Positions 63,701-64,000 of a DNA stretch of 64,000 nucleotides are shown here, one piece after another. The DNA is taken from positions 419 to 64,418 of the forward strand of contig CAMOSU010000001.1 in the NCBI GenBank assembly GCA_946625125.1. Reading direction: 5' to 3'. Within the stretch, counting starts at the first letter, position 1, and each line of letters begins with the position of its first letter. Both the position numbers and the translations under genes were made by a program. The notes under the pieces were generated by a model that saw only the letters and a list, made by a program, of their open reading frames with translations, did no database searches and was not told the origin of the DNA. This stretch comes from an uncultured Clostridia bacterium. GTDB lineage: Bacteria > Bacillota > Clostridia > Oscillospirales > Oscillospiraceae.

Positions 63701-64000
63701 CCGATCCCGCCTACACCCTGACCGGGAACGGGACTGTAACCCAGGAGGGCAATACCTTCACCGTCACCCCCGCCGAGGACTGCACTCTGACCGTCAACAC
63801 CATGGCCCAGTACACCGTCACTTATATGGTCAACGGCGCGGTGAACAGCACGGCCTCCGTGGCTGCGGGCGGCTCCGTAACCCTGCCTTTCGCCTCCATC
63901 GACGGCTATACCTTCCTGGGCTGGAGCGAGACCTCCTATGGCCCCACCACCGCTGAGCCGGAGGAGAGCGCCCTGCTCTCCGGCGACTACACGCCCTCCG
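57709..64000 (+). CDS. Giant SLH-anchored cell-surface protein with Listeria-Bacteroides/InlB-B-type repeat domains (5' ~2,097 codons; continues beyond window end)
   Basis: Unterminated plus-strand frame, absent from the track; I translated it by hand without meeting a stop. It has a signal peptide MTHKLTRLTALMLAIVMTVSMLLIPVEAASF and three SLH modules (FRDVSDNAWYSAAVDYVHENGWMAG, FTDTPAGSWFTGAAAWAAEQGLASG, FTDFDAVSDYARDAVSYCAAAGLVAG). Recurrent motifs are GY.F.GWY.D ... Y.F ... TVYA.W. The track antisense ORFs 57646..59706 and 59986..63651 are its shadows. Confidence 0.85.
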   Translation, partial: MTHKLTRLTALMLAIVMTVSMLLIPVEAASFRDVSDNAWYSAAVDYVHENGWMAGVSETSFAPNLEVTRGMFVTVLARYAQAETDNGNSAFTDTPAGSWFTGAAAWAAEQGLASGVGGGKFAPNRVITRQDLCAILYKYIEKQELTLAAENERSFTDFDAVSDYARDAVSYCAAAGLVAGYDDGSFHPTDTATRAQLAAILMRLDLLVKGEEAPTEPMPAQSFEGGEESAMTVSVEAPEGALPENTQMTVKPVTNKASLAVIESQVNGDVLAAADIVFSKDDAKIEPAAEVEVQIGMEGLEELQNPMVVHVKEDCTVEYVNAALVSINRSGSEKALRFMAKDFSVYAVVDGDTNNDSSRLVVKIWKRNPSNTAYVVDKEILVTRQDVNRLASIIPDGETPTATGKEIFCGWYLDTQSFNGGANEPRYTTEDVDGRHTMDKVREDIRALLEDPSFVISDSDTTVHVYPMIYNYFVTTLVDENGETTFDTNVIFTKESTASYTPNYVYTPYVGGYRFIGWQKDDGDPTVYANGESANLTEQTTVFRAQVQKGYWLSFNENPDNNHSGASYSPPVFCVDGAVSSSDRPNNPTLPGYNFDGWYTDQSYTTKFNFNQTIEADTTVYAHWTAKTKVGYTVIVWRQSVEDLKTYTDAQKTYDYAFSYTVPDSQGVAPGTAVSSLDLSYYKTTHSYTDSDGDTHENQINTQPDGNGSWYSFYGFKYNNTQTAKSGSGDVSIGGGVVANSSTVNIAGNTVINLYWDRELIEITFYTKPYIAYTGTNSSSLLNSSSTIYYIKHNTYGYCPIRYYSSSYQAIYIPTTDSYSTTSTQCGIVDGTWYELIWRQHSTTGEYYWAYKINTTYYRYGDVRYKYYTYGSYTNYYWYYIGDWTERDTYTGLYGQRLKYAGYTWPTDYRWYTAIGGTSFISILDTFSFSQNENPTNNNHTDFYGYSENFDTKVYHFLMDEDGNWPSTAEYPIPTIVGNGMTFRSFQGFSVYQFRVALPSGVTSYQTATEISEDTSGDDPVYTLVNPETHTPTNGWTDWLDYGTYLDYDGNDRYENWRWNATEGGIEFRYSRNKYRIQYMVGGYYNDKGERISGPVTGLLKRTGAIYYEKNISSYANYYTDPTPDIHSDEFVFDNWYIDPTCTQPYTFTSTTTMPLNGLTLYAKFVQKEYRVFVHPNIPAALPAANVVWPNGVKTNMKVDYMDMVEGGNEIVIRDSREDPEWELIGWYTDAACTQLYNFETRLTDETVVDYDQTDVTDTGPYTATDGVVWGRNGTGFNKDAAEHRFWVTGKLELYAKWRRRFPGANGIHVDYHAVENQDETGKFTELEQQPIDWTDPLAYTADAWVIARSASTPDAPEDYQFLYWQILGQNGEPYVLEDGETLDPAKLIYPGQGFRLSADDAEMSTIQNAVTEHQHSLEHYPASSATATCMDGNSEYWYCAACGKYFSDANANTETSYSAVLIPGDSNQHQFSDYISNNDGTHSKTCSRCGTRITTDCSFEHVETPPTTTSQGYTTHTCTVCGYSYVDSYTDPVQTTYTVTATVSGGHGSVSPDSATVVETQGTSFTAAPDEDYMLSNVTVAPSDAAEISFVGDIVTVSNVTADCTVTLSFAPSQSYTVIYMANGSELDRETVVKNDTVTLPDSAPTPSGCSFLGWVKAAVPATTQEQSGVLAAGAVSGAITADTTFYALYSFERSAPVTAYELLTAAPDDWTGKYVITYLTTTSLYAVKGLSGNTNYESTSAGAVAYASTGMTRFTQDGKTYLRDVSNDYVFTAAARTGGYSLQNVAASTYLGSYNNSLYSRGSYSASYCVWSLDYDSSNNCMVVSNSASSSYPYLVKGSSYYFVVNSSYTGNRTQFWKETTVNTRTTYYSTTTDANYTVTAVSNNNAYGSVTPGSASVSNGDSVTFTAAPAEGYTYASPACTVTEGTATVSQNGSDFTVTPSSNCTLTVNFAPKTYTVNAQVDTASHGTVSVSGSPVTHGGSATVTFTPASGYTLADPAYTLTGNGTVTQEGNTFTVTPAEDCTLTVNTMAQYTVTYMVNGAVNSTASVAAGGSVTLPFASIDGYTFLGWSETSYGPTTAEPEESALLSGDYTPS

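Overview
This is a GC-rich, spore-forming Firmicutes (Clostridia) chromosomal segment, judged from a GerA-family germination gene, SLH-anchored surface proteins and AddAB. An Oscillospiraceae-like origin is only a guess. Coding density is high, and GC-rich composition produces many long antisense shadow ORFs in the track, which I did not call.

Content from left to right:
- 1-15.6 kb: an AraC-controlled, mostly cytoplasmic glycoside or oligosaccharide utilisation locus. It has GH3 (partial), GH2, GH94 phosphorylase, GH78 rhamnosidase and a GPH symporter. It is unusually rich in esterases: three alpha/beta-hydrolase esterases plus two pectin-acetylesterase-family paralogs.
- 16.2 kb: tRNA-Leu(CAG).
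- 16.5-21.8 kb: ssnA, a membrane protein, ygfK, then two mini membrane ORFs.
- 22-26 kb: two flavoproteins translationally coupled to a Ser-repeat, zinc-ribbon membrane protein.
- 26-33 kb: addB-addA.
- 33-44.6 kb: ridA, ppdK, a ThrE-like exporter, an orphan gerA-family gene, an orphan adenylating enzyme, and a DegV / DUF1836-like / DegV-hemolysin III cluster.
- 44.7-50 kb: two tandemly duplicated LRR + SLH surface-protein genes with 28 versus 16 leucine-rich repeats and identical 3' ends.
- 50-57.3 kb: a DEDD exonuclease fusion, a three-subunit xanthine-dehydrogenase-type molybdoenzyme operon with a repeat insertion between cistrons, a MocA-like gene, deoC and tpiA.
- 57.7 kb to the window end: the first ~2,097 codons of a giant SLH-anchored, InlB-B-repeat-rich surface protein containing an AT-rich, Tyr-rich internal module.

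Two short dispersed repeat families and a heptanucleotide tandem array populate intergenic DNA.

I found no CRISPR array, transposase, integrase, rRNA or recognisable defence system, and I cannot point to one unambiguous novel system. The most unusual candidates are:
- the recombining LRR-SLH gene pair;
- the mosaic giant surface protein;
- the flavoprotein / Ser-repeat zinc-ribbon operon;
- the small membrane ORFs attached to ssnA-ygfK;
- the repeat elements.

All family assignments come from motif recognition by eye, without database searches.
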